DNA of 64,000 bases from a bacterium (lineage in GTDB: Bacteria > Electryoneota > Electryoneia > Electryoneales > Electryoneaceae): assembly GCA_963669175.1 (NCBI GenBank), contig OY769902.1, forward strand, positions 3,712,001 through 3,776,000, in the 5' to 3' direction. The notes under the pieces were generated by a model. That model made no database searches, had not been told where the DNA came from, and saw only the letters and a list, made by a program, of their open reading frames with translations. Each line of letters begins with the position of its first letter. Position 1 is the stretch's first letter. The position numbers and the translations under genes were made by a program. Shown piece after piece: positions 50,501 through 60,041 of the stretch.

Positions 50501-52622
50501 GGTTGACATGTTCAGACATTCTGCGCAGGCGAAAAACCTGTTCGGTTGGTTCCGGTGCGAACTTTTCGAAGGATGGTACAGAATAGACCTGTCCCCATCC
50601 TGCAAGAAGGTTGCCCTCACCACCGAATTGTTCCAGGTTCATCCCGTCTGTCAGGTTTATCAAATCAGCATTGGAAGTGCCGTTGTAGGTTGTAAATGTA
50701 TTCGCTGCGATTGAGATGATGGGAATGACTCGTGGCAGATACTCCAGCTCCTGCATCGCGGCAGCGCTGGCATCATCCAGCAATACCCGTATTTCAGTGG
50801 CAGAAACAGCTTCCACTTCATACCAACTTAGCTCCACATTGGAATACGTGATACCTGACGAAGCCGACAAAGCGGTATTCACCAATTGTCCATCAAAGCA
50901 CAATCGAAGCGCTTCTTCGTTTTCCACGTATATGATACTGATCGGCACTAACGAACGATTATCTGAACTATACTGAACATGGACCAGTTGATCCCAGTTG
51001 CCGTTCAATTTCGATTGCTGAAGCACAGTAAACGGGAACAAATGCAATGCTGTTGTGTTTGTATTGAACTCTGTTTCCAGGGAATAAGCACATTCATCTG
51101 TCAGGATGAATACCAGTGCCCGGTTACCATCCACACGTTCCATGCTAGTATATCGCAACCAGAGGTACTCAGCGCCATCCGTGAGTAACAGGCCGTTTGT
51201 ATTGTACAGGTAATCTTCAATACGAATGTCAAAATGCACATAAAGCCGGTTTGCTTCAGCGTCGAAAACACACTCATCTGCAACAGGCGCTTTCACACTA
51301 CCGGTTTCGGGTATGATCCCCAACTCGACTTCCGCTTCTGCATTTTTTTCCCCAACAATCCCCAGCGCCATGTAGGGCAGCACATGCACAAAAACAATCT
51401 GATCATCGTTGATAGCTTCTTCAAGCTGCCTTTGATTGTCGATGACAAGCGAAATTGTTATCTGTTGCTGTTGAATAATGACATCACTGTGACCACTGAG
51501 AAGAAATGATCCGCTATCCTGGGTAACGATTTCAATCCTTCCGGGATTAAAATCTGTCGTATAGTCAGGCGATACAGGCCCATCAGTCACCAGCGTCAGT
51601 TTATTCCACCCCATATCATATTGAGCGATCTCCACAATAAGGGGATTAACCACAGAATAGCTTATCAGGGACATGCTGGTTTCCTGAGTTCCGTGGTACT
51701 CCTGATCGGTAAAGGCCCAGGGATCAAAGGTGACGGTTGTATTCGCCAGGTCCAGCGCTTCGAGACCGATGCGGTCATGCAAGGTCAGATGCAGGCGTAA
51801 CTGTGTATTATCTGCCGGATCAATAACCTCCAGCAATTGGTTTTGAACCATGTAATGCAAACGATACTGAAGCCCGTTATTGTCCTCGAACAGGATACTT
51901 TCAGGGAAAATGTCTCTTTCAAACTCCAGGACACCATTCCCATTACGATCTTCATGCTGAATGATCGTATTGTCCAGTCTTCCATTTCCCGGCCCATTGT
52001 CCTCAGATACATCTTCCGGGATCAGATCAAACTGCACAGAATCCGAGAAGGTCAGCACCAGGTGCCCCATGGTAGTATCGTATGAAGCTGATTCAATCAC
52101 CGGACCGGCCACAGGTTCACCAGTTCTTGTGAGTGTTACTCCATCTTCAACCGTGATGCCATAATTCCCTTCCCCTTCACCATTGATAACACAGTTTTCA
52201 CCGATGACTATTTCCCATGAAGCTACGTCCTGATGACAAACGAGTAGCCTGGCTGTATCAAATATCTTTCCCCAGGTCTTGAAATGATAAGGTGTATACT
52301 CAATTTCCCTGTCATATTCATCATTAAAACCGCATACTGACAACGGGATCTGTAACCTGGCGCCGGAAATTGTCGCAGAATCAGGATTAGTGGCAACCCT
52401 GCGGATGGTTGTTTCGTAGTCCGGCCCGAATGCAATCCATACCTGGTCAGCGTGGTATTGCTCCGATGAGAGTTCCTGATCAAATGTCAGGGTAAGTATC
52501 GTTGTAGAGTAGTCGTACTCTGCTTCAATCAAAACAGGAGGTATCGCAAATGCTGCAAAAGGAAGGAGAAGAAAAAACAGAACAATTACTCTGGTGCAGA
52601 GTGCTTCCATTTCCCGGCTCAT
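47583..52622 (-). CDS. Very large secreted multidomain protein (repeated Ig-like units, degenerate zincin-like domain, FN3, T9SS-type CTD)
   Basis: Signal peptide; repeated 'A.YD...L.L.F'; 'DEEAWVVEG'; FN3 'YYYRVTA'; YPNPFNP CTD. Confidence 0.8.
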   Translation of the reverse strand: MSREMEALCTRVIVLFFLLLPFAAFAIPPVLIEAEYDYSTTILTLTFDQELSSEQYHADQVWIAFGPDYETTIRRVATNPDSATISGARLQIPLSVCGFNDEYDREIEYTPYHFKTWGKIFDTARLLVCHQDVASWEIVIGENCVINGEGEGNYGITVEDGVTLTRTGEPVAGPVIESASYDTTMGHLVLTFSDSVQFDLIPEDVSEDNGPGNGRLDNTIIQHEDRNGNGVLEFERDIFPESILFEDNNGLQYRLHYMVQNQLLEVIDPADNTQLRLHLTLHDRIGLEALDLANTTVTFDPWAFTDQEYHGTQETSMSLISYSVVNPLIVEIAQYDMGWNKLTLVTDGPVSPDYTTDFNPGRIEIVTQDSGSFLLSGHSDVIIQQQQITISLVIDNQRQLEEAINDDQIVFVHVLPYMALGIVGEKNAEAEVELGIIPETGSVKAPVADECVFDAEANRLYVHFDIRIEDYLYNTNGLLLTDGAEYLWLRYTSMERVDGNRALVFILTDECAYSLETEFNTNTTALHLFPFTVLQQSKLNGNWDQLVHVQYSSDNRSLVPISIIYVENEEALRLCFDGQLVNTALSASSGITYSNVELSWYEVEAVSATEIRVLLDDASAAAMQELEYLPRVIPIISIAANTFTTYNGTSNADLINLTDGMNLEQFGGEGNLLAGWGQVYSVPSFEKFAPEPTEQVFRLRRMSEHVNLYVALNQLRAYEENNGLIPVIEAELDSIVGFIEDSTPTDPNSGAITQLEGYLALDNQDELEYPVDILITDILDEAGKGRNNARSQYYFGSKYVAAEQNQPEMLLLDSHPQVFMQQDSAYVLQHSSFEDEWEVWHSFTGYNAITNLLAHWMMQQVDPDEEAWVVEGISSLCEQFVVGETVFYVNEGLNLLPPLNNTLITMPYEELVATRQDLVNAFLFFEYLYERYGGDELIQSVASNADNGMASVHSVLNDIQPTLPEPYRSKSLQEIYLDYNLACILDRASDTHDDLFLFNNVDFSSAYYYMPQTKWRETDVRPYALSISPWSFSVAYTAYGAYSPNPTLDPEGQFFFDGNDDVTMAVGCIRSTTLSTEHIQDGDFLVENTTLNEANRGSVDLTIPGWALGPENEGDYHKLVTVFSRTDTDVNLYGCPTVVLNDEPDYFIPPTVYAAPTSATSIELRIGLPYWESDPNQMTYLEHKQSIRNHKAEVLSQLSANELDNEGGLTGFTIYRSEYPDHGFEQVAADVTDLIWNDEDLAENNTYYYRVTANYSNPVGESSYTEAYVQTSDQYSQAHIACQVSNYGILGDPFESNPSMEWPIGSGKYYLWHGGFWAGVMFGNQPVISFSEYANHEWQPDNEDVYRTSILGADRFFHSCVYNDLNADFPLGLQVTQTTEMWPEATDQALADVMLIRIAMKNISSDVLKKVYLGWYLDPDIAMGPHGQVNNANYDDYLDFDEERLMPYMYDADSPGSYDDDTGEGGTIPGYIGARVINASNWQPLAHMAWWNWSDDPQTDEAKYSFMNGSHRTFQGRQHMPTPAELGEEPFDYRMFLSVGPYTLRPQDTLFVEIAVMVNDGLESLQATADYVYDMFAGVEDEKAPVNLPHEFSVSRAYPNPFNPVTAVDLAIPVTGDVSIKVYNVLGQAVHNESLHLSAGKHRYMLNANQAGGMLASGVYFMQVNYQNQVSTQRIILLK

Positions 52623-52714
52623 GGGAACCTCCGTTTGTCATCGCCCACTGCATCAACTTATCGACAATTCCCAATTTCTGCAAGCAGATATACACTCAAA
52701 TTGTAAAAAAAAGT

Positions 52715-53020
52715 GGTTCCTTACAAGAATTTGTACACTGCGGCAGTGTTGTGGCAGGTCTTGGCGCGAAATGATTTTACGCTACTTTTTACATGTGCTG
52801 GACGATGCGATTGCTCTAAATACTATAGATATCGCGTTGTGACCTGCCACTTGTTTCAGAGCTGACGTCAGGTCGCAATGTGATGCACGTGACTTCTCGC
52901 AAACGGCAAACTACAATCATCGATAGCCCTTCGGACTGATTCAGAACGGGAAGCCGGCATCACATCAAGACCTGACGCAACGTGACTGTTGACACGCTGC
53001 ACAAATACTTGTGAGCACCC
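52715..53020. repeat. IR-bounded double-hairpin element, copy 2
   Basis: Same outer IR and four arms as 45790-46111, with different loop sequences. Confidence 0.85.
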
Positions 53021-53022
53021 CC

Positions 53023-53056
53023 AAAAAAACGGCCATCTCCACTTGGAGATGGCCGA
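53023..53056 (-). terminator. purA terminator
   Basis: CGGCCATCTCCA-ct-TGGAGATGGCCG with a T-tract on the minus strand. Confidence 0.85.
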
Positions 53057-53098
53057 CAATAGACAAAAGATAACTCAAAATATCAGCAGATTAATCTA

Positions 53099-54382
53099 TT
53101 AAAACTCTCGCAACATGATTGTAGCATCTCGATCAGCGCCAACGCTTACGGTACCAATCTTCACCTTTGTCAGATCCTGGATCGCATCCAGGTAATCACG
53201 GCAGGCCATGGGCAATTCTCCATAGCTGCGAGCGCCGCTGATGTCTTTCTTCCACCCGGGCATGGTCGTGTAAACGGGTTCAACCTCGTCCAACAGCCAT
53301 GGCTCCATGGGGAAATCCTTGATCAGCTTTCCATCATACTCATAACCATCGCAAATCAGGATTTCATCCAGGTTGGACAGCACATCCAGTTTGGTTACCA
53401 TCCAGTAATTTATTCCATTTACCCTGGCTGCGTACCTTGCGATGACTGTATCCAACCAGCCACAACGACGTGCGCGCCCGGTCGTAGCGCCAAATTCTCC
53501 ACCCCAGGTACGGAACTGAGTCTGCAACGGTTCTGCAACTTCAGTCGGAAATGGCCCATTACCGACACGTGTTGTGTAAGCTTTCAAAACACCAAGTACG
53601 TTGGTAATCCGGTTCGGACCGATACCAGAACCAGTAATTGCTCCACCGGAAGTCGGGTTGGAACTGGTTACAAAAGGATAGGTTCCGTGGTCGATATCCA
53701 GCAATGTCCCCTGGGCGCCTTCCATGATAACCGATTTCCCTTCCCGAACAGATTGATCCAGGAACAGGGACATGTCACGAACATAGGGTTCGATCCGTTT
53801 GCGGCAGTGCATGAATTCAGAGATAACAAGTTCCGGGTCCAGAGGCTTGGCATTATACAGCTTGACAAGCTGTTCGTTCTTGGTTTTGATATTGGCAGCC
53901 AGTTTGTCTCTCAGATAATCCTGATTGAGAAGATCTACTGCACGGATGCCGCTACGGTTGTACTTGTCCGTATAACATGGACCAATACCTTTTCCAGTCG
54001 TGCCGATTTTGCCTTTTCCGGCAGCTTTCTCCATCGCTTCATCCAGGGCGCGATGATACGGCATGATCATATGCGCCTGGGGACTGATATAAAAACGGCC
54101 TTCTGCCTTGATCCCACGCGCTTCAAGGTCTTCAATCTCCTGAAGCATGACCTTGGGATCAATGACGCAACCGTTGCCGAGACAGCAAATCACGTTATGG
54201 TGTAACAGACCGGAGGGAACATTGTGAAGAATCACCTGTTCCCCGCCAAAGACGATGGTATGACCTGCGTTAGGTCCGCCCTGGTAACGAACAACAATGT
54301 CCGCCTCACGGCTTAACCTGTCTACAATCTTACCTTTACCTTCATCGCCCCACTGGCTGCCCAGGATTACGGTTACCGGCAT
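53099..54382 (-). CDS. purA: Adenylosuccinate synthetase
   Basis: QWGDEGKGK, GGPNAGHT, EGAQG, GTYPFVTSS, GATTGR.RRCGW. Confidence 0.98.
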   Translation of the reverse strand: MPVTVILGSQWGDEGKGKIVDRLSREADIVVRYQGGPNAGHTIVFGGEQVILHNVPSGLLHHNVICCLGNGCVIDPKVMLQEIEDLEARGIKAEGRFYISPQAHMIMPYHRALDEAMEKAAGKGKIGTTGKGIGPCYTDKYNRSGIRAVDLLNQDYLRDKLAANIKTKNEQLVKLYNAKPLDPELVISEFMHCRKRIEPYVRDMSLFLDQSVREGKSVIMEGAQGTLLDIDHGTYPFVTSSNPTSGGAITGSGIGPNRITNVLGVLKAYTTRVGNGPFPTEVAEPLQTQFRTWGGEFGATTGRARRCGWLDTVIARYAARVNGINYWMVTKLDVLSNLDEILICDGYEYDGKLIKDFPMEPWLLDEVEPVYTTMPGWKKDISGARSYGELPMACRDYLDAIQDLTKVKIGTVSVGADRDATIMLREF

Positions 54383-54674
54383 GCTGGTCGCCTCCCGTTG
54401 ATGTCAGGGTGAAACCCTCTCCAAAATCCGACAATGAATATAAGGAAACGATTAGCCGGAGTCGCCCTCATTTCCTCGGAGATAAACAAAATATCCTATT
54501 CAATGCTCCTTCTATCCAAATTATTATATTACAACAATATAAAAAATCTATCTCAATTTCTCAAAGCTATTGCGGATCAAGCTTCCACTGTGCTAGCTTG
54601 TGTCACGCTGATTGATACCAGTGTATCAACCTGCTAGTGGACCGGAGCCGGATACTTGCTATGTGAGGTGCATC

Positions 54675-57017
54675 ATGTTCAGGATTCCAGCCCGCTGTAG
54701 ACTCGCCCTTTGTTGTATGCTCCTGCTTTTTCTGCTTGTTCCCAGCGCTTTCAGCCAGGACAGTCTCTTCGTAGAACTGCTCTATGAGCGTCATGATGCA
54801 ATTGACCAGGTGTGGGACTTCCAGTTGGATATGTTTTATGCTCACCTGGCTTGCGGAAAAGACGGGTATCGTGTATACGACTTCTTTGATCCAACTTCGC
54901 CCAATGAATTGAGCACAACCTACTTTTCTGCTCCAGACCATATTGATTGTAATTTCGCCGATAAGGTCCGTGTTGACCAGATGACCGGACGTGCCTTTGT
55001 GCTCTGGTACGATGGTTCCATGGAATACGACCTCTATACGATGGCAGTGTATGATGTTTCCAATCCGTCCGCGCCTTCCCTTTTGGGCGTGATGGATCTG
55101 CCCGACAGTGTCAATCAGATCATCGTTGAGGGGAACTACGCGTATGTTGCCGCGGCTTCTCCACCGCCGGGTGAGGATGATTATGGCCTCCAGGTAATTG
55201 ATGTGTCAGATCCGGCCAACATGAGCACGGTCGCATTTTTCCCGACAGGATCACCACTGCTGGATCTCCACATAGCCGGCGCTTCCTTGTGTCTGACCAC
55301 GTATACCGTTACAGATTCTCTTTACCTGCTCAGCCTGGCCGACCCCACAGCGCCAACCCTCCAGGGAAGTTGGGCTCCACAGGCGGAAGCAAGACGATTG
55401 CAGCAAATGAAGGATGACGGTTCCGGTCATCTTTTCCTGCTTGACTGGTTCTATGGATTGCGTGTGCTGGATATTTCAAACCCGGCTTCCATTTCCGAGG
55501 TCGGTTCACTTGAGATGAATGCCGGTGGTTTGTACACCCCCTACTACGCCATGCATTATGGTATGAACCAGCTTCGTTTCACCTGCTGGGTATTCGGCGA
55601 CATTACCCAGGCAGGGCTGATTTCAGTTGCGGATCCAACATCTCCCGAACTTGTCGGCACATGGGAAGGCCAGGGATTGGGAAGTGTTTACGCTTCCTGC
55701 ATTGATTACAGCAGTGTTTATATCTGGAATTCGTACATCGGCAGCGGTTGTACGATGCGCATGGTCGATCTCACCGATCCGGACAATGCCGATGTAGTGA
55801 CAACCTGGCAACCGGAAAGCTCACCTGAAAAGTTTGCCAAATCGGGCAACTTTGGGTATGGAATGCTTCGGGACGGCAGGATTCGTATTGACGACATGAG
55901 CGATCCTGCAAATCCACAGTTTGAAAGCTACCTCGTCCCGGCAACGGATGATTATTTGCAGGCAATTTGTACAACAGATGATTACCTCATCACATCAAGG
56001 TTCTCCGGCGGAAGCATTGATAGTGTGGGAATCGTCATCTATTCCTTGATAAATGATCCAACCGTTCCGGAATATGGCTGGTTTTTCCAGACTGCCTACT
56101 TGAACGAACCGCCGTTGGATTTTGCTGTCGATGGGACCAGTTTTGCCGCGGTGGAAGGGACATCCGGCGTCAGTGTATATTCACTGCCGAACAATGAATA
56201 CCCACCTTTACGTATCGCCAACTGGAATGTGCCGGATGAAAACCGAAACCTTTCCCAGGTTGCCCTGGATTGGCCCACTCTTTACGCTGTTGACGTCAAC
56301 CACTCGGAGGTGGTGATCTTTGGCGGCACGTGGGAAGGATTGGAGATCATTACAACCATCGCCACCGATGGCGTCCCCTGGGATGTTGCTCTGTCCGAAG
56401 ATAGAACTCGCCTGTTTATTGCCGACGGCGCATCCGGGTTAAGTATTTACGATGTCTCAGACCCGTCATCTCCGACATGGTTATCCTCGTGCAGTGATGA
56501 CCTTGATTTTGCTGTCAATGTCCAGGTGCAAGGTAATCTGGCAGCAGTGCTGAATATTGGTGATACGGGATTGCATGTTTTCTGGTGCTCTGACCCGACC
56601 CAACCGGAACATATCGCATACCACAGCACACAGGGCATGTATCCGCTGGATTTGCTGCTTGAGAACAATACCATCTATGTGGTTGAGGAGAACCAGTTTG
56701 AGATATACGAGCTGGATGAGAATGATGTTCACGATGCGACTTCAGTCCAACCTTGTTCCTTCACCCTGGATGCTCCCTGGCCCAATCCCTTTAATGCACA
56801 GGTAAAAATCGGTTATACACTGGAACAGGCTGGCCAGGTATCACTGAAGCTGTATGATGTACTGGGCCGTCAGGTCAGAACACTGGTTCAGGGGAATGTC
56901 AGCCAGGGACATCATGAGTTGTTCCTGTCATGCGACCATCTCGCAGCCGGAACTTACTTTCTGGCCATTGAGAAGGGATCGCAACGTATCGTAAAACAGG
57001 TCACCCTGTTGAAGTAA
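54675..57017 (+). CDS. LVIVD-repeat secreted protein with T9SS-type CTD
   Basis: Repeated 'GL.V.DVSDP..P'; WPNPFN CTD; ATG 54675 after GAGG. Confidence 0.87.
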   Translation: MFRIPARCRLALCCMLLLFLLVPSAFSQDSLFVELLYERHDAIDQVWDFQLDMFYAHLACGKDGYRVYDFFDPTSPNELSTTYFSAPDHIDCNFADKVRVDQMTGRAFVLWYDGSMEYDLYTMAVYDVSNPSAPSLLGVMDLPDSVNQIIVEGNYAYVAAASPPPGEDDYGLQVIDVSDPANMSTVAFFPTGSPLLDLHIAGASLCLTTYTVTDSLYLLSLADPTAPTLQGSWAPQAEARRLQQMKDDGSGHLFLLDWFYGLRVLDISNPASISEVGSLEMNAGGLYTPYYAMHYGMNQLRFTCWVFGDITQAGLISVADPTSPELVGTWEGQGLGSVYASCIDYSSVYIWNSYIGSGCTMRMVDLTDPDNADVVTTWQPESSPEKFAKSGNFGYGMLRDGRIRIDDMSDPANPQFESYLVPATDDYLQAICTTDDYLITSRFSGGSIDSVGIVIYSLINDPTVPEYGWFFQTAYLNEPPLDFAVDGTSFAAVEGTSGVSVYSLPNNEYPPLRIANWNVPDENRNLSQVALDWPTLYAVDVNHSEVVIFGGTWEGLEIITTIATDGVPWDVALSEDRTRLFIADGASGLSIYDVSDPSSPTWLSSCSDDLDFAVNVQVQGNLAAVLNIGDTGLHVFWCSDPTQPEHIAYHSTQGMYPLDLLLENNTIYVVEENQFEIYELDENDVHDATSVQPCSFTLDAPWPNPFNAQVKIGYTLEQAGQVSLKLYDVLGRQVRTLVQGNVSQGHHELFLSCDHLAAGTYFLAIEKGSQRIVKQVTLLK

Positions 57018-57454
57018 CCCTACATCATCATGTTCAACTTTATAGCAGCATGGCTAAATGCTCTTTCTTCTCGGCCATGCTGCTTTTATTTCGACACTGT
57101 CCATTATCGGACACTCAACCGTCCAGTAATACTACATGAGAACTTGATATTCTCATCAATATCCTTTTATATCGGTTTGTCTCAGAGTTTCCGACACTCT
57201 CATTCCTTCGAAAGAAGGAATTCAGTTATATTGCGATACTACAACGATTTATGCATTATTGAGCAAGGAGGTTCATTGCATCTGTGTAGGAGTGTAAATC
57301 TATATTTAATTGTCACTTGCCTGCCCCCCATCTTCATGGGGATGAAAACCCGGCCTATTCTATTTCGCCTGTTATCTGTATAAGCCTTGATATGAATCAA
57401 TCAATGGCACATGCTTTGCTTTTTCAGCCATGAAACAATGGAGGTGGACCAACG

Positions 57455-59884
57455 ATGTTGACCAATATGCTGAAAATAGCCTGGCGGCATTTGCTCCGGA
57501 ACCGGGTACATTCGCTCATTAATATTCTCGGCTTTGCCATTGGCCTGGCCGCTTGTATTGTGATCGTATTGTCTGTGGTGAATGACCTGCAGTATGACCG
57601 TCATTACCCCGGCCCCGGTCATGTATATCGTATTTATATGCAATGGTTCAACGAGGACTACACTGAATCAACGGAATTTGCCCCTACATGCGGCGCCATG
57701 ATGTCACGCATCGCGGACAAATTCCCTGAAGTGATGTCCGCTGTTCGTATGCAGTATTGGGGCCCGCGTGACGTACATCGTGGGGATATTGCCAGTGAGA
57801 ATGTCAGCCTTGAAGTGATTCATTCCGATTCTTCATTCCTGGATGTATTTGGTTATAAAATGGTAAAGGGCAGCCGTGCGGATGTCCTGCGAACACCTCA
57901 AGCGGTATTAATCACGACCACCGCCGCAGAAAAGCTGTTTGGTGTTGAAGACCCCATTGGTAAACCAGTCGTCCTTCCGGGAAACGAAAATGCGTATGTA
58001 GCCGCTGTTGTTGAGGCTCCTCCTGCCGCATCTCATCTTCAATTCGATGTTGTGACTGCATTTGAACTGAACGAAGTAACGCAACAATGGCTGGATAACT
58101 GGCACAGTTTCTGGGTGCTGGGATATCTGCGGCTTCCGGACGATGTCGATCTGGATGCCCTTGAAACCAAAATGGTGTACTGGTTCTATGAGCAGGTTCC
58201 TGAATGGGGACCGGACGAAGACGAGCAGGAACTGATGGAGAAATTGCGTCCATTCCAGTTGATGCCTGTCGAAGATATTCATTTGAACACCGCGCATTTC
58301 CGTTATAATTGGGTCAATTTCAACGGTCAATCAGTGGAGCAGATACAGTTACTTGCAGCTATTGCCGCTGCAATCCTGCTATTGGCCTCGATTAACTTCA
58401 TCAACCTGTCCAGCGCCACAGCGGCCCGACGGGCTCGTGAAGTCGGCTACAGAAAAACGATCGGCGCCGATCCGCTGATACTGAAATTGCAATTCCTGGT
58501 TGAATCCGTTCTGACAACTTTCTTCGCGACTCTTGTTTCGTTCGCGATTGTGGAAATCAGTTCCCCCTGGATGGAATCCCTGATTGGTAAAAATGTCGGC
58601 GGGATGCTGCTGCACAATCCTCTCCTGGCTGCTGCGTTTGTCCTGGCCGCTTTCATTGTTGGAATTCTTGCCGGCCTTTACCCGGCTGCTGTGTTGACTT
58701 CGTTCAAGCCAGTTGATGTCCTTCGTGGTGATTTCAGAACAAGTAAAGCCGGGCGATACTTCCGTCAGGCGCTGGTTGTTTTCCAGTTTACGATTTCCAT
58801 CGTGTTGCTGGTTTCCATGGTGGTCATGATCAATCAACTCAAATATGTTGAGAATCGGGACTGGGGTTATGACCGTGAACAAGTGATGTTCTTCCAGGCA
58901 GGCGAAGGTGATCAGGCCTGGACACGTGATGACATGCTGACTCGTATGAATTCGTCTACCCTCATCGTATCAGCAGGCAGCTCCAACATGGCGCCTGGCG
59001 AACCTCCCCCGTACAACCCGGTTCACATGGGCACGCCGGAACATCCTGACAGCTCTTTCGGCTTCATTCATTATGATGTCCGTGGCGAATGGTTCAAGAC
59101 TCTGGATATTCCTATCCTCCAAGGCAGGAGTTTTAACCCGGAATCCTCGGGTGATATGGAACACTCAGTTCTGATCAATGAGACCGCGGTAGAGATGCTT
59201 GGGCTGGAACATCCCGTAGGCGAACAACTGCTTTGGGGACCGGAAGAGGATATACAAACGAAAACGATAATCGGTGTCGTCCCAGATTTCCATATGGGCA
59301 GCGCACGCGAAGGTCAGGCGCCAGCCATGTTCCACACCTACAATTCCTTCGCCCGGCAGGTAGTTGTACGGTTGCAGGCCGGTCATATTAAAGAGGGGAT
59401 AGCGGAAGTAGAGAAAATCTACCAGGATTATTTCAGCGGAAAACCAAGCTGGTCTTTTCTTGATGAACGCTTTGAGCAAATGTATCGCAGCGACCACCGT
59501 CTGGCCAACAGCATACAGGTGTTCGCGGGATTGGCCATGCTGATCTCCTGCCTGGGTATCCTCGGATTGTCCAGCTATGCGATTGAACAACGCAAGCGTG
59601 AGATCGCAATTCGCAAAGTGCTTGGCGCTGAAGAAGCCGGACTGCTGGTTCTCTTGAACAAAGCCTTCCTTCGCTGGGTTCTATTTGCAAACCTTGTTGC
59701 GCTTCCTCTTGCCGGGTGGCTGATGCACATCTGGCTGGAACAATACGTTTACCGTACTGCTTTGTCGGCGACTCCGTTCCTTATTGCGGCTATCGTAGCA
59801 ATCGGATTGGCCATGATCACAGTTACAGCGCTGACAATTCGAGTTGCGCGCATGCATCCGGCAGATGCGCTTCGTCAGGGCTGA
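57455..59884 (+). CDS. ABC transporter permease (duplicated MacB/FtsX type)
   Basis: KIAWR.L.R, INFINL...R.REVG.RK.IGA, LVVFQF, R.REIAIRKVLGA. Confidence 0.92.
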   Translation: MLTNMLKIAWRHLLRNRVHSLINILGFAIGLAACIVIVLSVVNDLQYDRHYPGPGHVYRIYMQWFNEDYTESTEFAPTCGAMMSRIADKFPEVMSAVRMQYWGPRDVHRGDIASENVSLEVIHSDSSFLDVFGYKMVKGSRADVLRTPQAVLITTTAAEKLFGVEDPIGKPVVLPGNENAYVAAVVEAPPAASHLQFDVVTAFELNEVTQQWLDNWHSFWVLGYLRLPDDVDLDALETKMVYWFYEQVPEWGPDEDEQELMEKLRPFQLMPVEDIHLNTAHFRYNWVNFNGQSVEQIQLLAAIAAAILLLASINFINLSSATAARRAREVGYRKTIGADPLILKLQFLVESVLTTFFATLVSFAIVEISSPWMESLIGKNVGGMLLHNPLLAAAFVLAAFIVGILAGLYPAAVLTSFKPVDVLRGDFRTSKAGRYFRQALVVFQFTISIVLLVSMVVMINQLKYVENRDWGYDREQVMFFQAGEGDQAWTRDDMLTRMNSSTLIVSAGSSNMAPGEPPPYNPVHMGTPEHPDSSFGFIHYDVRGEWFKTLDIPILQGRSFNPESSGDMEHSVLINETAVEMLGLEHPVGEQLLWGPEEDIQTKTIIGVVPDFHMGSAREGQAPAMFHTYNSFARQVVVRLQAGHIKEGIAEVEKIYQDYFSGKPSWSFLDERFEQMYRSDHRLANSIQVFAGLAMLISCLGILGLSSYAIEQRKREIAIRKVLGAEEAGLLVLLNKAFLRWVLFANLVALPLAGWLMHIWLEQYVYRTALSATPFLIAAIVAIGLAMITVTALTIRVARMHPADALRQG

Positions 59885-60041
59885 TAAAATCTGAACGAAC
59901 GTCTCTCCAACTCAGAGAAATACAGGAATTTATTTACACCACTGTGCACACCGATGCGGATTGCCTATATTGTGCACGCGTTGAAGAAAATCGCGAAAAA
60001 TAGCGAACTCTCAGGTTCGTTTTGCACATGGGGGCTAACCT

